Below, one piece after another: positions 35,354 to 50,081 of a stretch of 64,000 nucleotides of DNA. The stretch is taken from contig CP089275.1 of assembly GCA_023920165.1 (NCBI GenBank), positions 3,906,001-3,970,000 of the forward strand, given 5' to 3'. The stretch is from Curvularia clavata (lineage: Eukaryota). Within the stretch, counting starts at the first letter, position 1. Every line of letters starts with the position of its first letter. The position numbers and the translations under genes were made by a program. The notes under the pieces are model-generated. The model was not told where the DNA came from and made no database searches. It worked only from the letters and a program-made list of their open reading frames with translations.

Positions 35354-35944
35354 ATGGCTGGCGGCGGTAAAGGTACGCGCTGATCCACCGCGCGCCCTGC
35401 GACATCTCAAGGGCTGACAAAGGCTTTAGGAAAAACAGGAGGAAAGACGGGAGGAAAAGGCGATTCACAAGTCAAGACACCAAAATCGCACTCCGCCAAA
35501 GCCGGTCTTCAAGTAAGTAGCTGCCCAACACGCGTCATCGCCCCATAGCACCCCGCCTATGCCTCGACAGCTTGCGCACAGGGCCGACGCGCTGACATCA
35601 ATCCCTCTCTACAGTTCCCATGCGGTCGCATAAAGCGTCACCTCCGGAATCTCACGCGACAAAAGACGCGCATTGGTGCTAAGGCTAGCATCTATCTGAC
35701 CGCCGTTCTCGAATACCTGACGGCTGAGGTTCTCGAGCTTGCAGGCAACGCCGCCAAGGACCTCAAGGTCAAACGTATCACGCCACGCCATCTACAACTC
35801 GCCATCCGAGGTGACGAGGAACTCGACACGCTCATCCGTGCCACCATCGCTTTCGGAGGTGTCCTGCCGCACATTAACCGCGCCCTGTTGCTCAAGGTAG
35901 AGCAGAAGAAGAAGAGTGGCGTTGCCAAGGTGGGTGAGTCGTAG
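35354..35944 (+). CDS. HTZ1: Histone H2A.Z (3 exons; missed by the ORF track)
   Basis: [87 protein letters not shown]. Confidence 0.95.
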
Positions 35945-36744
35945 AGGCCTCGTTGTTCCGCGAAGCGCCCGGGCAGACGGGCTCAAACCGGCGGCTTAGC
36001 GAGTCGATATATGAGCGTGCAAAACGTGCGACAAACGTGACGAAACGCAAAAGCCTGGAAAACCACTGCCAGTTCTGCTCAGCTTCTATGAGCTTTCTGA
36101 TTCCGAAGATTGCACTTCCTTTGTTGAGAATTCGGAATGTCAGAAGAAGGATCTTCACTCTCTTTGGTTAGGCGTGTGCAGGAACGGTGTTGATGGCTAT
36201 GTCTCTTTTTCTTTTTCTTTCGTGGTATGTAGTAACACGCTCGAGTCAATGTTACAGAGTAGCAGGGAGATTTGGCTTACTTTGCCTCTACCGTCATGAA
36301 AGCTCTGTCTTTCTGTAAGAAAGCGATCGAGCCGCAGAAACTTCAATCACACACAAGCGTGCAAGCGAATGCCATGCTGCTAAAGCAAACATACGAGGGT
36401 CACGCTCACAGAGCTTACAGGCCGGGGTTATCGTAGCTTACACGAACCCACTCAGATTCCGAGTTTTGGTCGCACGGAGTATGTGTCCTCCCGGCTTCCG
36501 GTTTCCCAAGTCAAACGACAGCGCTTGATTCCAAGGCGGGAAGAAAAGGATATTAAGCGTAACAGCCAGCACACGTTGAATCTGTGACAATCTCACTCCC
36601 CCCTTTAAACAGCTCTGCTCTGCTGCTCTTCATCAGTTTGAGAATCATACATCTCCCTTAAAAAAAAACAAGCATTTGTTTACATCCCTTTCTTTTGTCT
36701 CGATCACGCTGTGAATAGCCAGAGAAGCAAAGAAGAACCAAAGA

Positions 36745-37599
36745 ATGTTTGGCCCCCTATTTGACAGTCATCCCTTCCATTATCTACACCTCCCGCCCGT
36801 CTTGTCTCCCGCAAACTACAATGTCTCAAACCCATCTCGCACACCGCTTTCGCCACGTTTATCCCGAGGACGTCACGCCCAGCATGCGGCGCCTCACACC
36901 CAGCACGACCACAACCACCACCACCATCAGCATCACCTACGTCACGGGCACTCATTCTACTCCGATCTCTCGCTCAGCTCTTCGTCCAACTCAGATTCTA
37001 CAGAAGACTCCGACGACGCATTCCACCACACGTCGTCAGACTCGGATTCGAGTTTTAGACTCGCATCACACACAGAAGAGTACTTGCGTGCCAGACACAG
37101 CAAAGAAGACCAGCACAACAAGTTCAACGACAACAACCATAAAAATCTCATCGCGCCGTTCCACCGCACCACACTGACGCTGGCACATCAGACGTTTGCT
37201 AATCTACCTGCTACACATACGTCGTCGTCTGTGCTGATTTTGCCCTGTGACATGACGCCGCTACATGTTCGTATCTCGACTCCGTCGGCTACACACACGC
37301 TGCATGCGACTGTGGCGGGCGATATGCGTTTCCACGAGGTGGTGAGGCAGCTGGTGCAGGCTGTGCCGTGTTCCGAGGTGAGGGCTTGTGTGAGGTTGAG
37401 GGGCGAGTGGCAGGAGCCTGCGTCTGGGAGTCGGATGAGTGAAGTGATGGAGCAAGGGGGGAGGTATGTAGTTAATGGCAGAGGAGAGGTGGAGGTTAGG
37501 ATTGACGTGGAAGAAGTAGCAAGTGGTCATGTGAGGGGAAGACGTGGATTCAGAGCGTGGGGAAGGGAAACGGGAAGGGCATGGGAAATTAGAGAATGA
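36745..37599 (+). CDS. Hypothetical protein with His/Ser-rich N-terminal half
   Basis: 284-aa ATG-started ORF filling the space between HTZ1 and VRG4, with a TATA-like TTTAAA at about 36604; no recognised family. Confidence 0.6.
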   Translation: MFGPLFDSHPFHYLHLPPVLSPANYNVSNPSRTPLSPRLSRGRHAQHAAPHTQHDHNHHHHQHHLRHGHSFYSDLSLSSSSNSDSTEDSDDAFHHTSSDSDSSFRLASHTEEYLRARHSKEDQHNKFNDNNHKNLIAPFHRTTLTLAHQTFANLPATHTSSSVLILPCDMTPLHVRISTPSATHTLHATVAGDMRFHEVVRQLVQAVPCSEVRACVRLRGEWQEPASGSRMSEVMEQGGRYVVNGRGEVEVRIDVEEVASGHVRGRRGFRAWGRETGRAWEIRE

Positions 37600-38014
37600 G
37601 TCTTGTTTATTTTGTTCTTACAACGTAATCAGATTGATTTTGATGATAGTCAACAAGTTAAGCAATAGAATAAGTCTAAATATAGTTCGGTAAAGTACTA
37701 AAACATCGATTCGCTCCTCGTTTACTCCCATTGTCTTGGACGTCATAGCTCGCTGCCTCGATCCGGAACGCCGAGCCTGATCTAATGTGTTAAATGTTAT
37801 AGGTAATATGCCCAAAGGCACAAGAGGTACAAGAAGATACCAAAGAAACTAAAACACCCGCTCAGTCAAGTGCTGAGATGGGAGTGGAATAAGACATGCT
37901 TTGCATTCAAAATCTTGCAAAATGCCACAGAAACAAAGGAACGAAACTCATTTTCCTTCATGTCATGTATGTTCGATTGCGTTCGTTTGAGGACTTGCAC
38001 GGCTCGCACGATCT

Positions 38015-39315
38015 TTAAGACTTCAGGCTGTCCTGCATGCTCCTGCTGCTGGCGCTAAGCGGGATGTTGGTGGTGGGGAGGACAGTCTTGGGCTGGCTGT
38101 TTTGTCGAATCTTTGCCAACGCATAGACCAGACCACTGATGAAACCAACGATAATAGCAGAAACGCTGCCAAAGGTGACAGGAGCATCGAAGAAGACAAG
38201 GCCGCTGAGAGCAATGGGGAGCTTGTTCAGTGCGCCAACCATGGAGTATGTGGTGGATGAGGTGACACGGACAGCCCAGGCAGAAGTATATGAAATGAAA
38301 ACCGTGGAGAGACCAGAGATAACCATAACCATGATGACGGTGTTGCGCTGGGTGGGAGGGAAGTTCTTCTCGACGTTTGCGGAAGACCAATCCTCAACGA
38401 GAACGGACGCGACTAGCAGGATCGGGATGGTGAGGAGATTGTTGTAGTACATGGCTGTTCGAAATTAGCACAAAGTCAGTAACGGAGTATCAAGACAAAC
38501 TCACTGTCAAAGTCCTTGAAGTTGGTAAGCTTGATGCGCTTGCGCATGCCCAAAACATAGGTAGCCGTGCACAAGCAGTTGAACATCATCCAAAGGTAAC
38601 CAGCGTGCAGAGTGGACATGGCATCAGTGGATGTACTTGAAGCCGAACCCATGCTAGTCAGAGCGTGCTGAATGTCTGCCCAAGCCGCAATGACAGAGCT
38701 GAAGACCATCAATCCGAAGGAAAAGAGAGCCATGGGTGTAACCGCACCACCAAACCAGAGGACCTCTCCGTATGCGATCAGAATAATGGTCAGGTTCTTG
38801 AAAATGGTATAGACGGGAATCGAGAGGAACTTGAGGGCCCAGGTGCTCGTGTAGATCATTCCTATCAAGAGAAGAGAGATGGGGAACCCTGGTGTTGTTA
38901 GACTAAATTCAGGCTTCAAGGCATGCTGAACGTACATTTCTTCGCTTCGTCGCTGTTAAAGTCTCGGTAGGTGATGATACCAGCGGCTTTGCATATCGAG
39001 ATGGCTGCAACGCAAACAATGGACTGCGGTGTGTTAGAAGGGCTCATCTGTTAGACTGGGGAGCCAACGTACCTGCACGGCGAGAAGGAAGAAGGGGAGG
39101 TTGAAATCAACGCCGGAGAGGACATATTTGTTCGTGACGGTCATCAGAATGGAGGAACCACAGTAGGCCAGAATAGCAGCCACAGGGTTCTCCGTTATCG
39201 ATCCGGCGCTGCCCCGGTGGGAGGTGGATGCGCGCTGCAGCGGCGAGGGCGCACGGAACTCTTTGCCCGAGGGCATGTCGACTCTGTAGTCGTCGCTCTT
39301 CTTATCGTCGGACAT
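38015..39315 (-). CDS. VRG4: Golgi GDP-mannose transporter, 4 exons
   Basis: [37 protein letters not shown] and the [12 protein letters not shown] (GALNK) motif; three canonical introns. Confidence 0.95.
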
Positions 39316-39917
39316 GGTGAAGGAGGGACAATGTGTTCACAACGATCGAGTGTGGATAGTTGTGGTATGCAGCAACGACGGGCCGTCTCTATGATAAGAA
39401 CAGCTATGCGGTTGCAACTGTGCGGCTCCAAAAGAAGGGCGTTCGGGGGGCAAGAGAGAGAAAGAAGCAAAGGAGAAAAGAGAGGGTAGGAGTGTGGGAC
39501 CAGGAGGAAGAAGGTGAGCGTTGCAAGAAGGATGCGCAGGGACGCGAATGGGGTGGGTCGCAGTGATGCGTCTCCCCTGGCTTGGAGTCGTTGGTGTGCA
39601 GCAGCGGTAATTTCAATTGCCACTAGACCGTCTTTGAACACGAGAAAAACACATGTCAGCATCGCGACGCTGAATTGGGACATGCACCCGCTTCTATATT
39701 TGGCCGCTGAAACGACTTCATCTCGTGCATCCAGCAAGCGATTCAAAACTAGCATTGTGATCAGTATCTCGTGCTGCATTGGCAGCAAGACATCGCTGTG
39801 CTGGGGTTTACGGATGATCTTCACTGGGGCAAGTTATCGCCACGTGACTCTCCTTATCGGAGCGCTGCTTTCTTTCCCCTAATCGTGCGCAACAAGCGAC
39901 CTTTGACAATTTCCGAA

Positions 39918-40594
39918 ATGACCTCTCTAGACCCAAAAGTTGCTTCGCTCGTGGATAAAGCCGCGCGAGAGGATGACTCGGACGAGGACGCACTCATCGC
40001 ATCTCTAGAAGATGACGATGAGCTCGACGCTTTCCGCGAGCAGCGCCTTCAGCAGTTGCATCAAGAATATGACAGGGCACGACGGCTGAAAGAGAGCGAA
40101 CATGGGAGGTACGCCGAGATCAAGGATGAGAAGGTGTTGATGGACATTACCACAAGTACCAAACTGTGCGTGGTGCACTTCTTCAAGCCCGACTTTAATC
40201 GCTGCCGCATCATGGATACGCACCTCGAGGTAACAGGACCTCCTCCTGCAGTGAGAAAAGGTTGCTAAAACCAGAACAGTCCTTGGCTCCTTCTCACTAC
40301 GAGGCCCGGTTCCTCAAGATCAATGTCGAGAACTGTCCTTTTCTCGTCACTCGCTTGGGTATTCAAGTCCTTCCATGTGTGATTGCTTTCATTGACGGCG
40401 TGGGGGCTGATCGCATTATTGGATTCGAGGGGCTTGGCCACACCGAGCATACCTTCACGACTCGGGATCTGGAAGCTAGACTTATTCGAGCAAATGTTCT
40501 TGCAAGGAACAAGGTCAACGAAGAGGACGAAAGGCAGCGGCTGCAGCGTGGCAAAGCCAAGGAGCAAGAAGATGAGGACGAAGACTGGGATTGA
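39918..40594 (+). CDS. PLP1: Phosducin-like/TXNDC9-type thioredoxin-fold protein
   Basis: FREQRLQQL..CVVHFFKPDFNRCRIMDTHLE, intron 40230-40279, SLAPSHYEARFLKINVENCPFLVTRLGIQVLP..GFEGLG. Confidence 0.87.
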
Positions 40595-41269
40595 GCGGTG
40601 ACAAGCTTAGTCCCGTGATCAGACACAGCTGGGCTGAAGCGATGCGAGTCACAAACTCTTCATGTGAGCAGAGATGTCAGGTTTTTCTTTTGCTGTTCAG
40701 AGAACGAACCAGCGGGGAAGCCGCACTGGAGGCTTGTCGTACCTAAGCGTGTCAAAATGACTTGGCAACGAGGGCACAGTCTGCTTCCTCTCATATAGCA
40801 GTCTTTGCCTAGAGTCCCAGTCACATTTGGGCATCTCAAATAAACACAACGAGGAATGCCAATATCAACTATATCTAGCACACCAACTGAGGCATTGCTG
40901 ATAGATTCGTATTTGTGCTGCACAGAAAACCATGTTCAAGAATATGGGGGCTGAGAAGAGATCTATAGATTCTCTGACAAACTTTGAACCGCCACTTTGG
41001 ACTACGCGGACATTTTACTCATTGGTTTTTCCTTGTAAGACCTAGTCTGCCGGCACATTTTCTATCTGCAAGCCATTGAAACCCTAAACCTGTGGATGTC
41101 ACGTGTGAGATCTGTGCATCGATGCCTCTTCAGCCGCAGGGTCAAGAGGGAACTCTTCTTGACTCGCTAACCTTACCTGCTTTCCAAACACTCTCTTTGT
41201 TCCAGCTTTTCGTAACAATTCAGCAACTGATGACCTATTCTGTGCTGCACCTACTCCCAAAGTAGTCTA

Positions 41270-43695
41270 ATGGAGGTCTCAGCTGTGTTCAGCGTCGTAT
41301 GTTACCACGGTCAAGCAGCCCTCGGCGCTACTATGTGACCTCCGAGCGAACACCCCCAGACACTAATTCTCACAATTCAGGTAGCAGCGCTGACAACATG
41401 CCTTGATTCGGCGCAGCGCCTGTACGATCTTCGTATCAAATACAAAGAGGCATCTGTCCTCATTACAGCCATCTACACCGAGTCCCAGGTCATTGCTGCC
41501 TCGCTTTCGCAAGTGCAGGTGCTTCTGGAAAATGGTATGCTGCACAAGAAGCCGGAGTTACTGGAGACGTTTGATCGGGCCCTCACGGGCTGCCGCATCG
41601 TGTATGTGTGTCTGGAAGAAGAGGTACGCGAGCTAGCATCTAAGGCCGCAACGAACGACTTGGATTTCAAGAACCGGGCAAAATTTTTATGGAAAGAGGA
41701 CACATTTAAGGAATTACTCACACAGATTCGAGGGCAACAATCCGGACTTATTTTGTTGTTGCAGGGACTGCAGATGGAGTCGATTGCGGATATCAAGAGG
41801 CTGGTACAGGAGAATCGTGTGGTGCTCGAGAAGGCTGTCAAGCAGACGAGGACGCTGCGGCAGTCGCATCCGAGAATCAGAGTACCGGAATCTCTGTTTA
41901 ACCAGCCCATTGGACACGATGACGATGCGGAAAGTACGTGGATGGGCAAGGACACGGAATTCGCATTTGACGACGACATTGTCGATTCTAAAGCGTATCG
42001 ACGGGCTATGGCGATGGCACTTTCTAACTCACGCAGCAAGTCCGAGGTGCTAAACAACCCAAAGGACGAGTCGATGCATGAGGATGCCACGACAGTCGTA
42101 CCGGAATCTGATACCAAGTCAGAGGATACATCCAAGATCGCCGCTACGAACGAGCACAGGGATACGTTCGAAACTCTAGAACGTGACTTGCTCGCATATA
42201 TGCCTCCAACCACGTCTATAGCTCCTCAGTCACATTCAACCCCTAACGGCGCCAACAATTCAACTAAAAGCGAACTGATCGCTTCATCGCCGCAATCATA
42301 TAACGAACGGCCCGGGACGATCGAAGCAAAGACTTGGCCAGTGTCGCGTCCTCGCCGCCCGAGTGAGCAGCAAGTATACGCTCCAATTTCCATGTCGAGA
42401 GTACGCACCATGTCGTCCGACGATATGACTTCCATTTCCGATGCGCCGTCTATGTTCTCCCAAGTATCGGCAGTATCATCCTACACTTCTTTTGGAGCCT
42501 CAGTATCGACCCCCAACTTGTCTGCTCGACCTCAACGCAAACCGCTGCCATCTGCGAACAAAGTACCCTACCGGACACTGAGTGGCATGGGTACCCCATT
42601 TAATAACCCAGAGATGCACAGCATCTGGAAGTCACTGGTCGATGCAGAAAGAAAATTTGTTGACCGCATGCTGAAACTAAAGAGAATGTTCTACGAGAAC
42701 GTTGTAAAACAGTGGCCCATTCTCGAGGAGCATCTAGACGCGATTTTGGTAGGCGAACAGATTGCTAACTCTCACCAACAGCATCTGCTTCAAGTGCTGG
42801 ACCAAGAGCTCTCTGGAAACAGCGCCGCAGTGTGCAATCCGTGTGTTTTTGAGGACTGGATAGCAAAGAGCCAGCAGCTGCACCAAGCGTATGCTTGGAA
42901 AATGCCTCATGCTGTGTCGTCTCTGCGAAAAGCTGAGAGCAAGGACGTCAGGTTTACTTCATTTGTAAATACGCTTGGCCTGAGTATTACATGGTTTGGT
43001 AAGAGCTGGGAGGACTACCTTAAGCTACCGGAGATGCAGTTGCAATCCTATATCGATAGCTTGGAGAAGCTCATTGCTATTGCCCAGACGCTCAGTGAAC
43101 CGGAGGCAGGCCCGCAGGTGGAGCGGTTAAAACATGCTTTGCAAGCAGTAAACCGATCTGTTGCATCAATCTTTTCCGTACTCGAGGAATCCCAGGGCCG
43201 GGAAGACATCCAGAATATGTCGCAGCGACTAATTGTGGAAACGAGTACGCTTTCTATGCTACGTCTCGACGAACCTGTTCGCAGAGTCAAACACCAAGGC
43301 GGCATGGCGTTCAAGCACAGGAGTCAAGGACCTTGGATTCCAGTTCATGCTGTGCTCTTCGACCACTATTTTCTCTTGGGTAAGACCAAAAAGAATGAAA
43401 TTGTGGTCACCGACAAGCCTGTACCACTTGTCGACGTAGAATTCTCGCTGCCTGTCGACGGTAAGCAATTTCAAAAAGCGGGCATGTTGGATCTGATCAA
43501 AAGAGGCTCAGTAGTGTAAGCACCACGAGCTATTTCAACACTGTGCGCGCATGCTAATCTACCATCAGATATATCATCGTTGTCCAGAGGAAGATACCCG
43601 ATGGCAAGCCAACACTGCTGGGCTTGCACAGCATGCACGAGAGAAAGGTGTGGCTAGATCACCTAACCGCAGCTAAGGCCCGACAACAGGGTTGA
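41270..43695 (+). CDS. HeLo-like/SesA N-terminal domain + degenerate RhoGEF (DH-PH) protein, 3 exons
   Basis: MEVSAVFSV, intron 41297-41380, VAALTTCLDSAQRLYDLRIKYKEA..LTGCRIV..RAKFLWKEDTFKELLTQIRGQQSGLILLL; then FDDDIVDSKAYRR; DH-like SLVDAERKFVDRM..YLKLPEMQLQSY; PH-like HAVLFDHYFLLGK, intron 43516-43568, ERKVWLDHL. Confidence 0.7.
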
Positions 43696-44638
43696 TACAT
43701 GTCCGTAATCAGTTCATGGTTAGCTAGTGAATGACTAGCAATATTCGAAGGCGCTAATCTGTGCCAGAGTTTCTGTTCCGCTGAAATGCCACGGGATAAC
43801 TCTTAGGTAGTAGTTTCTGATTGTTGAAGCTGGTAAAGAACTATACTCCAAGAAGACTTGCGAGATTCTAGAGCTGCAAATATAGCTTCAAGATATGTCT
43901 CTTTGCTCAAGATTCGGATATGGTGGGCGCATCGTCAAAGGAAACATCTTAAATCTAGGCGACTCTTGTGGAGGATTTGAAGCGCCGGGTCCGAGGCTGC
44001 TATGCAAAAAACATTGTCTCCATCTACCAAGAATATCTGAAGGATGGCTCTGTCAACGGAAGGCCAGCTAGGATATTCTTTGCCTGAGTTTTCATCCAGT
44101 ACCAATGGCAACTCAAGTGGTCTTTATTGTTGTATCTAGGGGATCCTTCAGCCTCGAGCATGGGGCCAGGGTTTTGCAAGTGAGGCTTGAATGAGTGGAG
44201 AATGCAACAAGGTGATGGCGATGTAAGTGTGCTGTATACAAAGTAGGGAGAATAGTTCAGTCAAAATGTAAATTCGGACTGTTGGGCTGAATGGTACCAA
44301 TTATGAAGGTCAAAGACGAACATGGTGTGGAAAGCGACGCTCGGGCGAATATGATCCGGATCGGAGCAAAAGCTTTGATTGGCGTCGACAAGTAAGCAAG
44401 AGGCAGGCGCATTAACGGAATCTCAATGTCACCAGCAGATGCATGTTTGTCTTTCCGCTTTCGCCCTTGGTTTCCACGATTGCGCGTGACGTTGAAGTGG
44501 AGCTCTGGATGCTGACTTCGCATTGTACTAGATTTGATGCGAAGCATGGCCAATGACGGCCGACTTGCTCAGCATGCCACTGGAGCTGTCCAGTTTCCGG
44601 ATGAGGACAGCGGGTGCATCGAGGAAGCTCGTCCCCCT

Positions 44639-44653
44639 CCCCCCCCCCCCCCC
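44639..44653. repeat. C15 homopolymer (G run on the minus strand)
   Basis: Read directly from the sequence. Confidence 0.85.
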
Positions 44654-45770
44654 ACGCAAGCAGTGTGTAAGGCTGATGTATTGAGTGCGAAGGCAGCGCG
44701 GCGTATAGCGACAATTGAGGCTAAATTCGGACCGGAAGAAGACGAATCACAGCATTGTCCCGAGGGGCAAGTGATGACCAAACACGGCCGGCACAAGTCC
44801 CACGCGGTGATTCGGCTTCCTAATGGCTTCGCGTCAAGGCGGCGGCATGGTGAGGCGCTGTTTGGGCGGGCGTGTTGCATTACAGCTGCTGCCCCACCAT
44901 GGCAGCTAGCTTACCAATGCAGAGCCCCGCCGACTTACTCAAAGAGAGGCCGGGGCAATGCGAGCATCTGGGTAGCAGATGGCTGGGCGAGCGAGACGCG
45001 CCGGTGTGCTGGTTTGTTTACAGACGTACATGCTAGGCGCCTCTGCAGGTCATGGTGGTGGTGGTTGTAGGTGTAGTGGTGGTGGAGGAGTGGGACAGCT
45101 CTGCTCGATAGCAATAGCGGGGTAGGTCGCCCGTATGACGATAGCGCGACGAGCAGGCCAGCACAGGAGGCAGGCAGGGCGTCTGCAGACATGGAGATGG
45201 GCTGTGATAACTGCAAGTCTGGGAAACATTGTGCTGCGACATGTGCCGCCAAAGTCCGAGAGAGCGCAAGGTCACGGTATGGTAGGCTTGTCCATTACAG
45301 GCCTCGCCGAGTTTGGTCCAGCCTTGTCCGGCGACGTGTGGGAGCGCTGGCGTGGTAGCGTCGTCGCGGAGGTGCGTTGCACGAGATGCAGCGGCTTAGT
45401 GATGGTTGCAAAATAGCCCGCCTTGTTGGCGGCTGGCTGCTGGGCCTTTTTAACCCACGTCGGACAGACTCGAGTTGCGTGTTTGTCTATTGTTCTCTTG
45501 TGCAATCCTTACCCCCCGGCGTTGGAGCGGCAAATTGGGGCTAAAACGTCACCACCACGAGGACCCGTAAACCGCTAGAGCACGTCCGATAACCCCACCA
45601 GTCCTCTGGAGCTTTTCTTCCTCACACCGCGCCCTATCCATAGCTTTCCCTCTTCCCTCGCGATCCTCTGCTTCCCCCGACTTTTACTGTCCCCTACAGC
45701 CCTTAATTGAGCTGTCATCTCGCGACCGCGCCTCCCGCCGAGCGATTGCATACCGCACCACCATCTCGTC

Positions 45771-47868
<2,098 letters not shown>

Positions 47869-48208
47869 GCACCTCTTGCTGACCATTTTTTCAAAATGGA
47901 ATCGAATATACGGTTGTTCGATACATTGATTGGCCCTGGCAGTCTTCTTAGGCAGAGATGCTAGCAGGTGAATAGATAATGAATGTGACGACGTTTCCAT
48001 GTCGCAAGACTGTATGCTTGGGTGTGCAACTAGGTGATGAGTGATGCTTGGTGGCGGGCCCTCTGGACCGGAGTCTACGTGTGGGGATCTAGACTTCCGA
48101 GAGCGGAGGACGTATGAGTGATTGGTAGTGGGGTACAGGCTAGAGCGGAATGGCATCATCGGCGAATTGAGAAATTTTTGAGAAGCGTCGCGTGCGTCAG
48201 ACGCCGAC

Positions 48209-48215
48209 TGAGTCA
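48209..48215. promoter_or_regulatory. Gcn4/CpcA (cross-pathway control) consensus site TGAGTCA upstream of SER3
   Basis: Exact TGA(C/G)TCA about 340 bp upstream of an amino-acid biosynthetic gene. Confidence 0.5.
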
Positions 48216-48550
48216 AAAGTATAGGTGTCATTCCAGGCTCAAGCCATTTTATTCAGCGTGTGCATACTATTAAAAAGTGGAAAGCGTCTTCTCTGCATTT
48301 GTTGTTACTTACAGTCGCCGACACTACCACTCTTCCAATAACCCTCGCATCCACTTGGAACCACGTTTTGCAACTTCCCCGTGATTCCTGGGTACTCAAC
48401 AGTTTGACACGTTTTTTCTCTTAGTAGGGACTCTCCCGGTATTTATAGCCCAGAGTCTTTGAGCCTCCGGATCGCGCAACCTGTTTGAGTTGTAGCATCC
48501 CCCGCCTCTCCTCCGAGCAACCTCCGCAATCTCCTCCGCGCGCACCCACC

Positions 48551-50081
48551 ATGACACCCGCTCAAGATATCGCCGGCAGCGCCAACACGCTCGCACGCAG
48601 TGTGTCCAACAGCCTCAACCTTAGCACCAGCCCAAACCTCTCCTTTCACAGCCCGCCCTCGACATTCAGGCAGCCACCGTCTGCCAACTCGAGAGATGGC
48701 CGAATCCCCACCCAACCTGGCACTTCACATGCGCAGCAGCTAGCGAAACAGCTGAAGCCCTTTGATACCAAAGATATCAAGGTCTTGCTCTTGGAGAATG
48801 TCAACGAGGCTGGTATTGATATTCTGAGGGGCCAGGGCTACCAGGTCGAGGCCATCAAGGCCAGCTTGGGAGAGGATGAATTGATTGAGAAGATTCGCGA
48901 CGTACATGTCATTGGCATTCGGTCCAAGACGAAGCTCACCAAGAAGGTGTTGGACGAGGCGAAGAACCTCATTGTCATTGGCTGCTTCTGCATTGGAACC
49001 AACCAGGTCGACCTTCAGACTGCTGCCAACCGTGGCATCGCCGTCTTCAACTCGCCTTTTAGCAACTCGCGCTCCGTCGCCGAACTCGTCATCTCAGAAA
49101 TTATTGCGCTTGCCCGCCAGCTTGCCGACCGCTCCATGGAACTTCACAACGGTACTTGGAACAAGGTCAGCAAGGGATGCTGGGAGATTCGTGGCAAGAC
49201 ACTTGGTATTGTCGGATACGGACACATTGGCTCGCAGCTGAGTGTGCTGGCCGAGTCCATGGGCATGGATGTTATCTACTATGATGTCCTCACCACTATG
49301 GGTCTGGGCACAGCGCGACAGGTACCGTCTCTGGACGACCTTTTGGCACAAGCCGACTTTGTCTCTCTTCATGTTCCTGCGACGCCCGAGACAAAGAACC
49401 TGATTGGCAAGGAACAGTTTGCAAAGATGAAGGACGGTAGCTACCTCATCAACAATGCGCGCGGAACGGTTGTCGATATCCCGGCCCTGATTGAAGCTAG
49501 CCGCTCGGGCAAACTGGCGGGAGCTGCCATTGACGTGTTCCCCAACGAGCCTGCAGGCAATGGCGACTACTTTAGCAACGAGCTGAATACGTGGACAAAG
49601 GATCTGGTGGGTCTCAAGAACATTATCCTCACACCGCACATTGGCGGTAGTACCGAGGAAGCCCAATGCGCTATCGGAGTCGAGGTCAGCACAGCACTGG
49701 TGCGCTACGTGAACGAAGGCACGACGCTCGGTGCCGTCAACATGCCCGAAGTCAATCTCCGAAGCCTGACGCTCGACCAGCCGGACTGCATGCGTGTCAT
49801 TTACATTCACAAGAACGTGCCTGGTGTGCTGAGGCAGGTCAACGGCATCCTGCTCCACCACAACATTGAGAAGCAAATGTCCGACTCTAGGGGCGACGTC
49901 GCCTATCTCATGGCGGATATCAGCGAGGTCAAGGAGACGGAGATCAAGGACATCTTTACGAGCCTGGAGGAGCTGTCGTGTAAGTTTGGGTCTACTCTAT
50001 TCTTTCTGTACATGTGTTTGTGTGGAATTGTGGCTAACTGGTTTTGTCACAGCGTGTATCCGTACGAGGGTCTTGTACTAG
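48551..50081 (+). CDS. SER3: D-3-phosphoglycerate dehydrogenase
   Basis: GCFCIGTNQVDL, GIVGYGHIGSQL, LTPHIGGSTEEAQ and ACT domain HKNVPGVL; intron 49980-50052, then CIRTRVLY*. Confidence 0.96.

Noticed and set aside
43700..45770. 2-kb gap upstream of ZWF1 with short ORFs
   Set aside because: No coherent spliced gene, TIR, LTR or RNA gene recognised; most likely promoter sequence
48485..48550. TTG/GTG-started N-terminal extensions in the ORF track (SER3, SNT1, CDF, COQ8)
   Set aside because: Artefact of prokaryotic start-codon rules; plausible ATG starts lie just downstream
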